64,000 nucleotides of DNA from Armatimonadota bacterium (lineage in GTDB: Bacteria; Armatimonadota; SYMT01): the NCBI GenBank assembly GCA_041690135.1, contig JAWLHY010000006.1, positions 230,337 to 294,336 of the forward strand. The letters run 5' to 3'. The notes beneath the pieces are model-generated. The model was not told the origin of the DNA. It searched no databases and worked only from the letters and a program-made list of their open reading frames with translations. Positions 8,254 through 17,850 of the stretch are shown piece after piece. The position numbers and the translations under genes were made by a program. How positions within the stretch are numbered: the first letter of the stretch is position 1; the number at the start of each line of letters is the position of its first letter.

Positions 8254-11200
8254 ATGCGAAGCACTTTTTCCACCACCCTCGTCCTGCTGGCGGCCGGCAC
8301 CACCGTCGCCGCGTCGGCCGCCGGCGAGAAGCATACCCTGATCCTCAAAGCCAAGCCCGGCCAGTTGGTTCGCTACCGAACTACCGTGAACCTGACGCTG
8401 GAAGCCAACGGGCAGAAGGCGCTCATGGAAATCAAGGAAACCGAGAAGGTCACGTTCGCGGGGGTCGCACCCAACGGAGACATCACCACGGAGCGGGAAA
8501 CAGAGTCCTCCGAGATGTCGATCAATGGGACAAAGCTTCCTCCCAGCACAGACCCGCCGGAAAAAGCCACCGTTGTCTTCCGGTCCAACAACTCGCTCGT
8601 CTCTTACAAATCGGGAACGCCCGATGGTGACAGCGACAAGCTCTCCGTGCGGATGATTACGGCGACCAACCCCATCTTCCCGGCGCAACCCGTGGGTCCG
8701 GGCGACAAATGGACCCATGAGTTCAAGGCGGACTCGGCCACGGGAGCGCGTGCCGGTAAGGGTGAGTTCGAAGTGCTGTCCTTCGAGAAGTCCCCCAATG
8801 GGGTGGACGCGGTCAAGATCCGCATGGCCTACCGGGAAACGGAAGGGAACCCGGCGATCGCCAGCAAGGGGACCTACTGGGTCGAACGCTCTTCCGGCGA
8901 TCAGGTCGTCAGCGATATCGAACTGGAGAATGTGCCGTTTGGGCCTCCCGGCAGCAACGCGCTCGCCAGCGGAAAAGTGAAACAGGAGCGCACGGAAGGG
9001 AGCGCCCTGGGCGACGCCGGAAGCGCCAGTGCAGCTCCCAGGCCCAAGACGATCGACGATGTGGTCAAGGGGTACACGAAGGAAGAGGGTCTCCTCACGC
9101 TCTACCGGAAGAAAGACAACAACCGGGAAACCCTCTACCTGGAGATCCGCGAGGAACAGCTCAACCAGTTGATGATGCTGCAGGCCACGGCTGCTACCGG
9201 CACGGGAGAAGCGATCATCGCCGGGGATCCATTGGCCGATATCGTCTTCCGGTGGGAGAAGCTCGGCGAAGACAAGCTCGTCATGGTCGTTCCCAACATC
9301 GCGTTCCGAGCCGATCCCCAGGCGCCGATCGCCCGCGCGGTGAAGCGTTCCTTTCCCGACGCTTACCTCCAGGACTTCAAGATCGAAGCACGCCAGCCGG
9401 AACGGACGAGCCTGCTCATCAACATCACCGATTACTTCCGCAATGACATCGCCCAACTGGGGCAGGCGCTCACCACGGGCGGACTCATCGGCATGGGTGT
9501 GGTGCCGGGAGTGTCCTATGCCCTGGATCGGGAAAAGACACTCCTTCAATCCGTCAAATCCTTCCCGGAGAATTTCTGCGTAGAGACCTCCTACCACTTT
9601 CTCCGCGGGGGTCCTCCCGCAGCCGTATTCGGGCGGAGCACCACCCTGGCGGATCCCCGGAGCGTGCCGTTGCGCGTGCAGTTCAATCTGTTTCCGTTAA
9701 AGAACAACGGGTACCAACCGCGCCTGGCAGATCCGCGGGTCGGCTATTTCTACACGGAGTTCCAGGACTTCACCGACGACGGGCGCGACACGCAGATGAC
9801 GCGCTACATCTATCGCTGGAATGTGGAGAAGGCCGATCCGAAGGCTCCCCTTTCCTCCCCGAAGAAACCGATCACCTTCTGGCTGGACAACGCCATCCCC
9901 ACCGAGTACCGCGCCGCCGTCCGCGACGGACTGCTCATGTGGAACGCGGCGTTCGCAAAGATCGGCATCCGAGACGCTATTGTGGTCAAGCAGATGCCGG
10001 ACGACGCGGAGTGGGACCACGCGGACATGCGCTACAACGTGATCCGGTGGTCCACCACGCAGACGCCGCCCTACGGCGCCATTGCCCTCTTCCGCGTCAA
10101 CCCGCTGACCGGTGAGATTCTGAACGCGGGCATCACGGTAGACGCCACCCTGACCCGCGGCACCAAGTTCGAGCGGCGCCGCATCGTAGAACCTTCGACC
10201 CGGTTTGAACAATTGGAGCGTGATCCGCAGAGCAATGCGCTTTCCACCCGCGCGTGCCGCTGCGAACTGGCCGAAGGCGCCATGGAACAGGCCTGGTTCG
10301 GCTTCACCGCACTGGAACTCCTGGCGGCACCGGGGACAAAGGTCGACGAGAAGGCCTACACGGAAAGTTACCTGCGCTCCATCGTCGCCCATGAAATGGG
10401 GCACATCCTGGGTCTCTTCCACAACTTCGCGGCGAGCACCGAGCTGAGCCTGGAAGAGTTGAAGGACCCGAAAAAGGTAAAAGACCGCGGGACGGTGGCC
10501 TCCGTGATGGACTACTACCCGTTCAACATCGCGGCACTGCGGTCGCGCGACGTGGAATACTGGCCGACCAAGGTGGGCGCCTACGATCTGTGGGCCGTGC
10601 GGTACGGCTATTCGCCCACGCCCGCGGAGAAGCCGGAGGCCGACCGGTCGCGCCTGAAGGAAATTGCCTCCCAGGGAAATCTTCCCGGGCGGGCCTTCCA
10701 CAACGACATCCTCGCGGACGGGTTCGACCCGGCGGTGTCGCGCTTCGATCTCAGCAAAGAGCCCCTGGAGTACCACGACCGGCTGATGCGCGTGAGCCGC
10801 CACCTGCTGATGACCCTCGACCAACGCGAACCGAAGAAGGGGGAGAGCTACTGGGAGTTCACCCGCCTGTTTAACGGTTTGCTCAACCAGTATGCCAGCG
10901 GAGCCGCCCAGGCGACCCGCTACATCGGCGGGCTGCACATGAACCGCAACCACCGGGGCGATGCGGGAGAAAAGCCCACGCTGGTTCCCGTGGCCGCGGA
11001 AAAGCAGAAGCGGGCGCTGAAACTGCTGAACGACTACGTGCTGGCCGAGCGTGCCTTCAACTTTCCAAAGTCGTACTACGCGCGCTTCACAAACAACCCG
11101 TTCCCCGACGCCCGCTCCTTTGCTTCCGGCGGAGGCCCGGACTTTCCGGTGCTGGACTCAATCGCCAACATGCAGCGAGCCGCGCTCCGGCGCCTCTACA

Positions 11201-11574
11201 CCACGGCCGTGCTGAATCGCGTGGCCAATAACGAGTACAAAACAGCGGAAAGCCCGAACACCTTTACCCTGGCGGAACTGTTCGGCACGGTGGGAACGAC
11301 GGTCTGGTCCGAGTTGGAGGGCGGAAAAGAGATCGACACGCTGCGCCGGCGGCTGCAGCGGGCACATCTCGAGGAGATGGTACGCCTTGCCAACACCGGC
11401 AGCGGCGCACCGGAAGACGCGCGCATGCTGGCCTGGGACCAGCTTCGGCGGTTGAAGTCCCGGATCACGTCCGCCCGACGGCGGAAACCGGGACAGTACA
11501 CACAGGTCCACCTGGATGAGTCACTGGTCCGGATCAACCGGGCCCTGAATGCCACTCAAACCTTAAGCAACTAA
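8254..11574 (+). CDS. Secreted zinc metalloprotease (EcxA/DUF5117-DUF4953 type) with an extra N-terminal domain
   Basis: Metzincin motif HEMGHILGLFHNF, Met-turn SVMDY, PRLADPRVGYF, signal peptide. Confidence 0.9.
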   Translation: MRSTFSTTLVLLAAGTTVAASAAGEKHTLILKAKPGQLVRYRTTVNLTLEANGQKALMEIKETEKVTFAGVAPNGDITTERETESSEMSINGTKLPPSTDPPEKATVVFRSNNSLVSYKSGTPDGDSDKLSVRMITATNPIFPAQPVGPGDKWTHEFKADSATGARAGKGEFEVLSFEKSPNGVDAVKIRMAYRETEGNPAIASKGTYWVERSSGDQVVSDIELENVPFGPPGSNALASGKVKQERTEGSALGDAGSASAAPRPKTIDDVVKGYTKEEGLLTLYRKKDNNRETLYLEIREEQLNQLMMLQATAATGTGEAIIAGDPLADIVFRWEKLGEDKLVMVVPNIAFRADPQAPIARAVKRSFPDAYLQDFKIEARQPERTSLLINITDYFRNDIAQLGQALTTGGLIGMGVVPGVSYALDREKTLLQSVKSFPENFCVETSYHFLRGGPPAAVFGRSTTLADPRSVPLRVQFNLFPLKNNGYQPRLADPRVGYFYTEFQDFTDDGRDTQMTRYIYRWNVEKADPKAPLSSPKKPITFWLDNAIPTEYRAAVRDGLLMWNAAFAKIGIRDAIVVKQMPDDAEWDHADMRYNVIRWSTTQTPPYGAIALFRVNPLTGEILNAGITVDATLTRGTKFERRRIVEPSTRFEQLERDPQSNALSTRACRCELAEGAMEQAWFGFTALELLAAPGTKVDEKAYTESYLRSIVAHEMGHILGLFHNFAASTELSLEELKDPKKVKDRGTVASVMDYYPFNIAALRSRDVEYWPTKVGAYDLWAVRYGYSPTPAEKPEADRSRLKEIASQGNLPGRAFHNDILADGFDPAVSRFDLSKEPLEYHDRLMRVSRHLLMTLDQREPKKGESYWEFTRLFNGLLNQYASGAAQATRYIGGLHMNRNHRGDAGEKPTLVPVAAEKQKRALKLLNDYVLAERAFNFPKSYYARFTNNPFPDARSFASGGGPDFPVLDSIANMQRAALRRLYTTAVLNRVANNEYKTAESPNTFTLAELFGTVGTTVWSELEGGKEIDTLRRRLQRAHLEEMVRLANTGSGAPEDARMLAWDQLRRLKSRITSARRRKPGQYTQVHLDESLVRINRALNATQTLSN

Positions 11575-11597
11575 AAGCTAGCCGCACGAGTGTTCAG

Positions 11598-11636
11598 CGG
11601 GGTGGGATCCTCTTCCGAACAGAGGATCCCACCCCG
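11598..11636. terminator. Hairpin between convergent genes (probable bidirectional terminator)
   Basis: 16-bp perfect inverted repeat CGGGGTGGGATCCTCT/AGAGGATCCCACCCCG. Confidence 0.75.
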
Positions 11637-11650
11637 TTTGACATGAGGGA

Positions 11651-12655
11651 TCAGCCCAGGGTCACCGACTCTGCGGATACAGCGGAAACGAAGATGGCGT
11701 CGATCAGGCCCATGGAGGCCCGTAGCTCTTCTCCCGTCACGTTGGGCGCCGCTTCGCCCCGACATGCGGCGAGCAGATTATCGTAGAGCTCGTCGATCAC
11801 GTTCACCGGCTCCAGCACCTCCGGCTCCGACATGCCGTCCGCCAGCAGCGTTATCGGACCGTTCACCTTCTCCGCCGTAATGCAGCCTTCCGTACCGATC
11901 ACGTACCAGTGCGGGGCAGGTAGGCGAGAAAGGTTGCTCGCTTCGAGATAAGCCGTTGCCCCGCCCTCGAACCGGAGGAGGCAAGAGAAGTGGTCGTCCA
12001 CTTCGTTGCTGAACCGGATCCCCCGGGCATCGGCGAACACCGTGCGGACCGGCTCTCCGATCAGGTGGAGTACCTGATCGCCGAGGTGGGGAGCATAGTC
12101 GTACACCATGCCCCCCCCGAACGCCCGCTGCACGCGCCAGGTGGGGTTGAACCCTTCAATTCCCCACGTGGCCCAGCCCATCCCGAACTGCGACCAGACG
12201 CGCCGTACGTGCTCCACCCGTCCAATGCGGCCGGCTCGCACCGCCTGAAGAATCGCACGATATTCGCCATCATAGCGGCGCGACTGGTGGCAGTGCATTA
12301 CCACGCCGTTCGCCTGGGCCGCGGCAAGCATCGCTTCCGCTTCGCCGAGCGTCATCGCGAACGGTTTGTCCACGAAGACGTGCTTTCCGGCTTCCGCCGC
12401 CTGCACTGCCAGGTCGCGGTGGCTATTCGGTGGCGTGGTCACGATGACCAGGTCCACATTCGGGTCCGCCAGCAGATCCTCAAACCGCTCGTAAATGCGG
12501 GCGTCCGGGTTCTCCTCCTGGGCAGCGGTGCGGCGCACTTCCGTCGTGTCGCTCACCGCCACGAGCTTTGCCGTTTCGCGGGCGGTAACCCAGCGACGAT
12601 GCGCGCCCGCACCGACTTTGCCGTAGCCCACGATCCCCACTCCGATGGGAGGCAT
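11651..12655 (-). CDS. Gfo/Idh/MocA family oxidoreductase
   Basis: Motifs GIVGYGKVG, HVFVDKPFA, GGGMVYDYAPHLGD. Confidence 0.92.
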   Translation of the reverse strand: MPPIGVGIVGYGKVGAGAHRRWVTARETAKLVAVSDTTEVRRTAAQEENPDARIYERFEDLLADPNVDLVIVTTPPNSHRDLAVQAAEAGKHVFVDKPFAMTLGEAEAMLAAAQANGVVMHCHQSRRYDGEYRAILQAVRAGRIGRVEHVRRVWSQFGMGWATWGIEGFNPTWRVQRAFGGGMVYDYAPHLGDQVLHLIGEPVRTVFADARGIRFSNEVDDHFSCLLRFEGGATAYLEASNLSRLPAPHWYVIGTEGCITAEKVNGPITLLADGMSEPEVLEPVNVIDELYDNLLAACRGEAAPNVTGEELRASMGLIDAIFVSAVSAESVTLG

Positions 12656-12743
12656 CCGGATCTCCTATCTTCTCCACCCGTGCGCTGCGAGCCCGCGAAT
12701 TCGCGGCACAGCTCGCAGCGCGCCGCTGCCGGCAACCGACCGC

Positions 12744-13118
12744 CTACTTCTGCGCTTTGCTGGCGTCGAAGGCCTCAGTCAGAAGCCGGCTCCACCGGGC
12801 GGCCACCGTGGCAACCTTCTTCTGCCTTTCGGCCGCGGCATCCTCGGGAGTGACGACCGCAATCAGCTCATTGTTGAGGAAGAGTTTGATATTCTTCCCG
12901 GCAGGTTTCGAGGTCACCTTGCAGACCTTGCCGCCCAGGTACTTGTTGATGACGTCCATGGCCGCGCCGGCTCGCGCTTCGGGCTCTTTCCCCTCCGCGG
13001 CGACACGGAAGTAAAAGCAGGTGAAGGAACCGCAATAGACGGGGACCCGCATCTGGGCGGCGGCAAGCCCCCCGATCAGACTGGCGGTAGCGAGGGAAAG
13101 GAGAACGCGACGAAACAT
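12744..13118 (-). CDS. Secreted hypothetical protein
   Basis: Signal peptide MFRRVLLSLATASLIGGLAAA. AGGAG RBS. Confidence 0.7.
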   Translation of the reverse strand: MFRRVLLSLATASLIGGLAAAQMRVPVYCGSFTCFYFRVAAEGKEPEARAGAAMDVINKYLGGKVCKVTSKPAGKNIKLFLNNELIAVVTPEDAAAERQKKVATVAARWSRLLTEAFDASKAQK

Positions 13119-13304
13119 GGGGCAACTCCTGGGACGAAGACAAGGACGGCCGGTTGGAGATACCGTCCTACCCGGGATATTCGGCCGAAACGCCGGGGAA
13201 CGCCACCCCGGGCGGATGGCGGTAAGGATAAGGACCGGGAGAGGAAGAAGATGCAGTTAAGGAGACCCACAACGGCTAACTCACTAGCCGCCCGGAGATA
13301 CAAG

Positions 13305-13754
13305 ATGGCGGATATTCCTGGAAAGCGTCACGTCAGGCCCGAAGAAGTCGCGACCTCCACCTTCGGGTGGGGCCAGATCAAGTTCCTATGCGATCCCCAG
13401 CTAACGAATGCGGAACATCTTACGGTTGGCCACGTTCGGTTGGCTCCGGGCCAGGGTCACCTCCGGCACAACCATCCTGGGTCCGAGGAAATCCTTTTCA
13501 TTCTCTCCGGTGAAGGAGAGCAGATGGTGGAGAGTGACCTGGAGGAGAACGGCGGTGAGCCGCGCTACTTCCGGGTCAAGGCGGGAGACCTGGTCCACAT
13601 CCCGACCTCGGTTTACCACCAGACGATCAACGATGGCCCCACCACCATGGAACTGCTGGCCGTCTACAGCCCCTGCGGGCCGGAGGAAGTCATCCGCGCC
13701 TTGCCGGACCACCAGGAGTTACCCACCGGGCCCTGGCCCGCCGTAGAAAGCTAA
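13305..13754 (+). CDS. Cupin domain protein
   Basis: Metal-binding motifs HLRHNHPGSEEILFILSGEG and GDLVHIPTSVYH. GGAG RBS before ATG 13305. Confidence 0.9.
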   Translation: MADIPGKRHVRPEEVATSTFGWGQIKFLCDPQLTNAEHLTVGHVRLAPGQGHLRHNHPGSEEILFILSGEGEQMVESDLEENGGEPRYFRVKAGDLVHIPTSVYHQTINDGPTTMELLAVYSPCGPEEVIRALPDHQELPTGPWPAVES

Positions 13755-13912
13755 GCGACCGGGCCGGCAGCGGATTTTGAGCCCAGGTCTTTGCTTCCGT
13801 GTATCCAGGTAGGAAGATTCGACTGGACACGGAAATACTGTTGCAGGGGTCTCAACACAAACCCCTATATGTCGGATCCATCCCTGGTGCGCCTACTGCT
13901 GGAGGAACCCAG

Positions 13913-14611
13913 ATGCGAAGACGCGCATTTACCTTGATCGAGCTTCTCGTGGTGATAGCCATTATCGCCATTCTTGCCGCCATCCTCTTTCCCGTTTTTG
14001 CACGCGCCCGTGAGTCCGCACGACGATCTGCCTGCCTCAGCAACTGCAAGCAGATCGCCACGGCAGTCATGATCTACACGCAGGATTATGACGAGATCAT
14101 GCCGATCGTCTCCTACGGCGGCCAGTACCGGGCAGCCACCCAATGCCCCCACGGAGCGGGTTATACGTCCCGAAACGTGGACGGCCTGGATCGCTACCTG
14201 GTGCCGGTTCTGCTCCCCTACACGAAAAACGAGGGTATCTTCAAATGCCCGAATGCTCCGGCGGACCGGATGGGTGCGCCGGGCATCGCGCAGTTGTGGG
14301 GCCAGACCTACTGGTACTGGTGCATTCGGGATACCGACTCCCAGAACGCGACCCGCGCCTTCTTCCCTCCCAACGGCATCAAGTCGAACGTGTGCGGCGT
14401 ATCGCTTGCCAGCTTCGCCGCGCCCGCGGACAAGGTGATCATGGCGGACGGAAACCCGGGCTGGCACACCCGCGGCGGGACGCAAATCGGAGTGCCCACG
14501 ACGGAAACCGGTTACTCGAACGCGGTCTTCGCGGACGGCCACGCAAAAATGCTCACCTACGTGGGAGCTCCGGATTACTACAAAAAGGTCTGGACTGCGC
14601 GCGAGCCCTGA
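13913..14611 (+). CDS. Prepilin-type N-methylation / DUF1559-family protein
   Basis: [48 protein letters not shown]-terminal [18 protein letters not shown]. Confidence 0.93.
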   Translation: MRRRAFTLIELLVVIAIIAILAAILFPVFARARESARRSACLSNCKQIATAVMIYTQDYDEIMPIVSYGGQYRAATQCPHGAGYTSRNVDGLDRYLVPVLLPYTKNEGIFKCPNAPADRMGAPGIAQLWGQTYWYWCIRDTDSQNATRAFFPPNGIKSNVCGVSLASFAAPADKVIMADGNPGWHTRGGTQIGVPTTETGYSNAVFADGHAKMLTYVGAPDYYKKVWTAREP

Positions 14612-14635
14612 CCCGAGTAGGGTCTGAAATCAGCG

Positions 14636-14671
14636 GCGAGCGACACCATGAGCTGGTGTCGCTCGCTTTTT
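14636..14671 (+). terminator. Intrinsic terminator
   Basis: 13-bp stem GCGAGCGACACCA/TGGTGTCGCTCGC followed by TTTTT. Confidence 0.85.
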
Positions 14672-14674
14672 CAC

Positions 14675-16186
14675 TTAGCCTTCCGCAGGCACCTCACTTC
14701 GGTCCTTAAGGGTCCAAACCGTAAGGCCCCGGAGCGACTCGGCGGGCGGCGGAGGGAAGAGCAGGCTTACGGGCCAGGCAACCAGCAGCACCACGGCCAT
14801 TCCTACTCCGGAAAAGAGGAAGAACGAAACGGGACGCGGCTGAGCGAAAAATACAGCCGCCATCACCACCACGGAGGCGGCCACACCCGCCAGCACACCC
14901 GCCGAGTTGATCCGCCGGCTGAGCAACCCCGCCAGGAAAAGGCCCACCAGCGACCCTCCGAACAGTCCCAGCAACTGGATCGCCTGTTCCCAAAGTGAGC
15001 GGTCGTTGAGACGATCCAACACTAGAGCTCCCCCGATGGCCATCAGCCCCCAAAAGACGGTCATCCACCGGGCCACGCGCAGATACTCACGCTCGTCCCG
15101 GTCCGGATGCCGGCGCCGGTAGAAGTCCTGCACCGAGATCGTCGCCATACTGTTCAGGCTGGAGTCGAGGGTAGACATCGTCGCGGCGAAGATCGCTGCT
15201 AACACCAGGCCAGCCAGTCCCCCACTCATGTGCTGAACCAGGAAGAACGGAACCACGGAGTCGCGGTGGGCCAGGCCCTCGATCTGGCCGGGGTGCGCCT
15301 GGTAATAAGCCCACAGGGCGCTGCCGATGCTGAAGAAGAGGAAGTTGATGGGGATCACCGCCGCGGCCAGGAGCCAGAGCGATCGCCGCGCCGCCGCTTC
15401 GGTAGGAGTGGTGAGATAGCGCTGGACCACAGCCTGATCGGCACAGTACGGCACCAGACCCAGGAACCAGCCGCCAACGAATATGACGAAGGTGTTTTCC
15501 TGGTTGAGCGCGAGGCCCGGCGCAAAGAGCCTGAACTTCTCCTGCGCCGCTCCCATCGCCAGGATCTCGGGAACGCCGCCCGGAACTCCCGTGATGATCT
15601 TTCCCAGCATCAGCGTAGCGGCCAGCGAGAAGATCACAACCTGCACCACGTCCGTCCAGATCACGGCTTCGATCCCGCCAAGGACTGTGTACACGAGTGT
15701 GAGCACCCCGACGAGGATCACCATCGTCACCACGCTGAGACCCGTCACTTGATGCAAGGCCAATGCGGGCAGGTATTGGACGACCGCAATCCGCCCCAAC
15801 TGCATCAGGAAGAAGAGGATGGAGCCTAGCGTATGGCAGGTGGGGCCAAAACGCTGGCCCAGGTACTCATAGGCGGAAACGATCCGCTGGCGCCGGAAGA
15901 AAGGCAGGAAGAGAAAGCCCGCCACTGGGGTTACCAGCATCACGGCGGCGGTGCCGATGAAGTAGGTCCAATCCCGCGCAAAGATCTGCGCCGGGATTGC
16001 CATGAACATGATGGCGCTGATCTGCGTGCCGACGATGCTGAGGCCCGCGGCCCACCAGGGAATCCGCTGGCCTGCCAGAAAGAAGTCGCCCGTGCTCTTT
16101 TCCCGCCGGGAACAGAGGCTGCCGAGCACGGCAATCCCCAACAAGTAGATCCCTGCCACCACATAGTCAAGCGCCGTAAGGGTCAT
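14675..16186 (-). CDS. Sodium:solute symporter (SSS family)
   Basis: Motifs DFFLAGQRIPWW, SAYEYLGQRFG, GGIEAVIWTDVVQ, DQAVVQRYL, AATMSTLDS. Many hydrophobic segments. Confidence 0.95.
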   Translation of the reverse strand: MTLTALDYVVAGIYLLGIAVLGSLCSRREKSTGDFFLAGQRIPWWAAGLSIVGTQISAIMFMAIPAQIFARDWTYFIGTAAVMLVTPVAGFLFLPFFRRQRIVSAYEYLGQRFGPTCHTLGSILFFLMQLGRIAVVQYLPALALHQVTGLSVVTMVILVGVLTLVYTVLGGIEAVIWTDVVQVVIFSLAATLMLGKIITGVPGGVPEILAMGAAQEKFRLFAPGLALNQENTFVIFVGGWFLGLVPYCADQAVVQRYLTTPTEAAARRSLWLLAAAVIPINFLFFSIGSALWAYYQAHPGQIEGLAHRDSVVPFFLVQHMSGGLAGLVLAAIFAATMSTLDSSLNSMATISVQDFYRRRHPDRDEREYLRVARWMTVFWGLMAIGGALVLDRLNDRSLWEQAIQLLGLFGGSLVGLFLAGLLSRRINSAGVLAGVAASVVVMAAVFFAQPRPVSFFLFSGVGMAVVLLVAWPVSLLFPPPPAESLRGLTVWTLKDRSEVPAEG

Positions 16187-16305
16187 GGTAGGACGTTACA
16201 CTCCGATTGCGCGCCGGAACCGCCGGCAAACCGCTTAACGCACTGCTACGGCGAGAGAGGTCTCTTCTCCTCTGCGCATTTCGGGAATGTGCAGACCCGC
16301 TTCAT

Positions 16306-17001
16306 TCACATGAGACCCAGGTGCTTGAGACTCACCCAGCGACCGTCTCCAATGATGATATGGTCCAACAGCTCGATCCCCAGGATCTTCCCGGCCTCGA
16401 CCAGCCGCTTCGTCGTGGCGAGATCCTCCGGCGACGGCTCCGGGTCGCCGGAAGGATGGTTGTGTACCAGCACGATGCTGGCGGCATTAAACCGGATTGC
16501 CTCCGCGTACACCTCCCGCGGGTGGACGAGACTTTCGGTCAGCGTCCCGCTGGAGACCCTGCGCTGGTGACGGAGCTGATTGCGGGCATCCAGAACCATC
16601 ACATAGAGGTGCTCGCGCGTCTCGTACCGGAGTTCCGCCATCATCAACTGGGCCACCTCCGCTGGGGATCGTATGATCGGCCGCGCTTCCTCGTTGGAGG
16701 CCGCCAGCCGTTTGGCCAGCTCGACCGCCGCTTTGACTTCAATCGCCTTCACGCGCCCGACACCCGGCACGCTCGCCAGTTCTTCCAGCGTGGCCGTAGC
16801 CAGCCGGGAAAGGCCACCCAGGTTCTTGAACACTTCCTCCGCCACCTGCACGGCGTTGCGCTGTGGCGTGCCCGTGCGGAAGAGGATGGCCAGCAACTCC
16901 GGATTCGTCAGGCTTTCCGGACCCGACCGTTCCAACCTCTCCCGAGGTCGGGCATCCGGTGCCATATCGGCGATCCGCATCGCGTTATACATATCGGCCA
17001 T
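16306..17001 (-). CDS. radC: RadC family JAB-domain protein
   Basis: Motifs RPRERL, ELLAILFRTG, VHPREV, HNHPSGDPEPSPED, LLDHIIIG. Confidence 0.95.
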   Translation of the reverse strand: MADMYNAMRIADMAPDARPRERLERSGPESLTNPELLAILFRTGTPQRNAVQVAEEVFKNLGGLSRLATATLEELASVPGVGRVKAIEVKAAVELAKRLAASNEEARPIIRSPAEVAQLMMAELRYETREHLYVMVLDARNQLRHQRRVSSGTLTESLVHPREVYAEAIRFNAASIVLVHNHPSGDPEPSPEDLATTKRLVEAGKILGIELLDHIIIGDGRWVSLKHLGLM

Positions 17002-17019
17002 CCAGTGCTCCTCTCGTCC

Positions 17020-17633
17020 TCACACCCGTTCATTTCCATCCCACGACGCCTCATCCGAAGCGTAGCCGCACAGCGCAAAGAAGGGTACCCCCTTTGAAGC
17101 TCCCGTTCTCCAATGCCGCCCCCCCACTGCAGGAGCGTCCTCCAGTTCCCCGTCAGGCGACGCCGCTTCCGGATCCAGCCAGCCTCTTCCCATGGCTCCT
17201 GCTCGAAGGCATCCAACGACTTGCGGAAATCTGCACGAAATGCCCGCAAGTCTCCTTGCATAAAAAACACCTCATAGGGATCGAAGTACAGATACTGCCT
17301 GCTTCTCGTCTCGACGTACTGGAGCCAGGACTCAAATGCTGGCAGACGGTTCGGGCCCAGAGCGGCGCAAATGCCCGAACTTCGATCCCTGGCCCGAGCC
17401 AGTGCCGAGCCCGTCTCCGAGACGAGAAAGGGATACTTCTCAGGACCAGCGATAGGATCCGCCTCCTCGTCCGAAAGCGTGTCTAGGGCCGTCCGAAGCG
17501 AATTCACCTCGAACAGTGCAAACCAGAGGGAAGGGATCAAGTTGCAACCGTAGCAGAGGCTGATCGTGTCTGCGGATCCGCGGGCCGGCTTCTCCGGAGT
17601 ATCCGAGGTAACGAGCTCACTATAGTTTGCCAT
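17020..17633 (-). pseudogene. Hypothetical protein with a probable 1-nt frameshift in a G5 run (real lesion or sequencing error)
   Basis: As read, the ORF overlaps radC by about 94 nt. One extra G at 17088-17092 gives ...QRGVPFFALCGYASDEASWDGNERV* ending at 17020, just before the radC RBS. Confidence 0.5.
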
Positions 17634-17850
17634 ACCCATCCTCTCCCGAAGCAAGGGCCATGCTTAACCTGCGTTCCTTGCCAAGCCGTTCTCTAAACAA
17701 GAAGGCTACCGGTTGCACAGTACTTAGTTGGTGGGCCGGCAGGTTCCGACCTCCAAAGCCCGAGCAGGACGCGCGTGACGGCGACTGGAACTCAGCAGCG
17801 GTTGGGCGACCTATTCCTTCGGTAGGAAAGCGGCTGGCGACGGAGGTTCC

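Noticed and set aside
12645-13304. Long N-terminal extension of the cupin ORF
   Set aside because: Antisense to the 12744-13118 gene; the cupin fold starts at ATG 13305.
17663-17670. CTTAACCT Pho-box-like octamer
   Set aside because: Single copy with no 11-bp partner and no phosphate-related neighbour.
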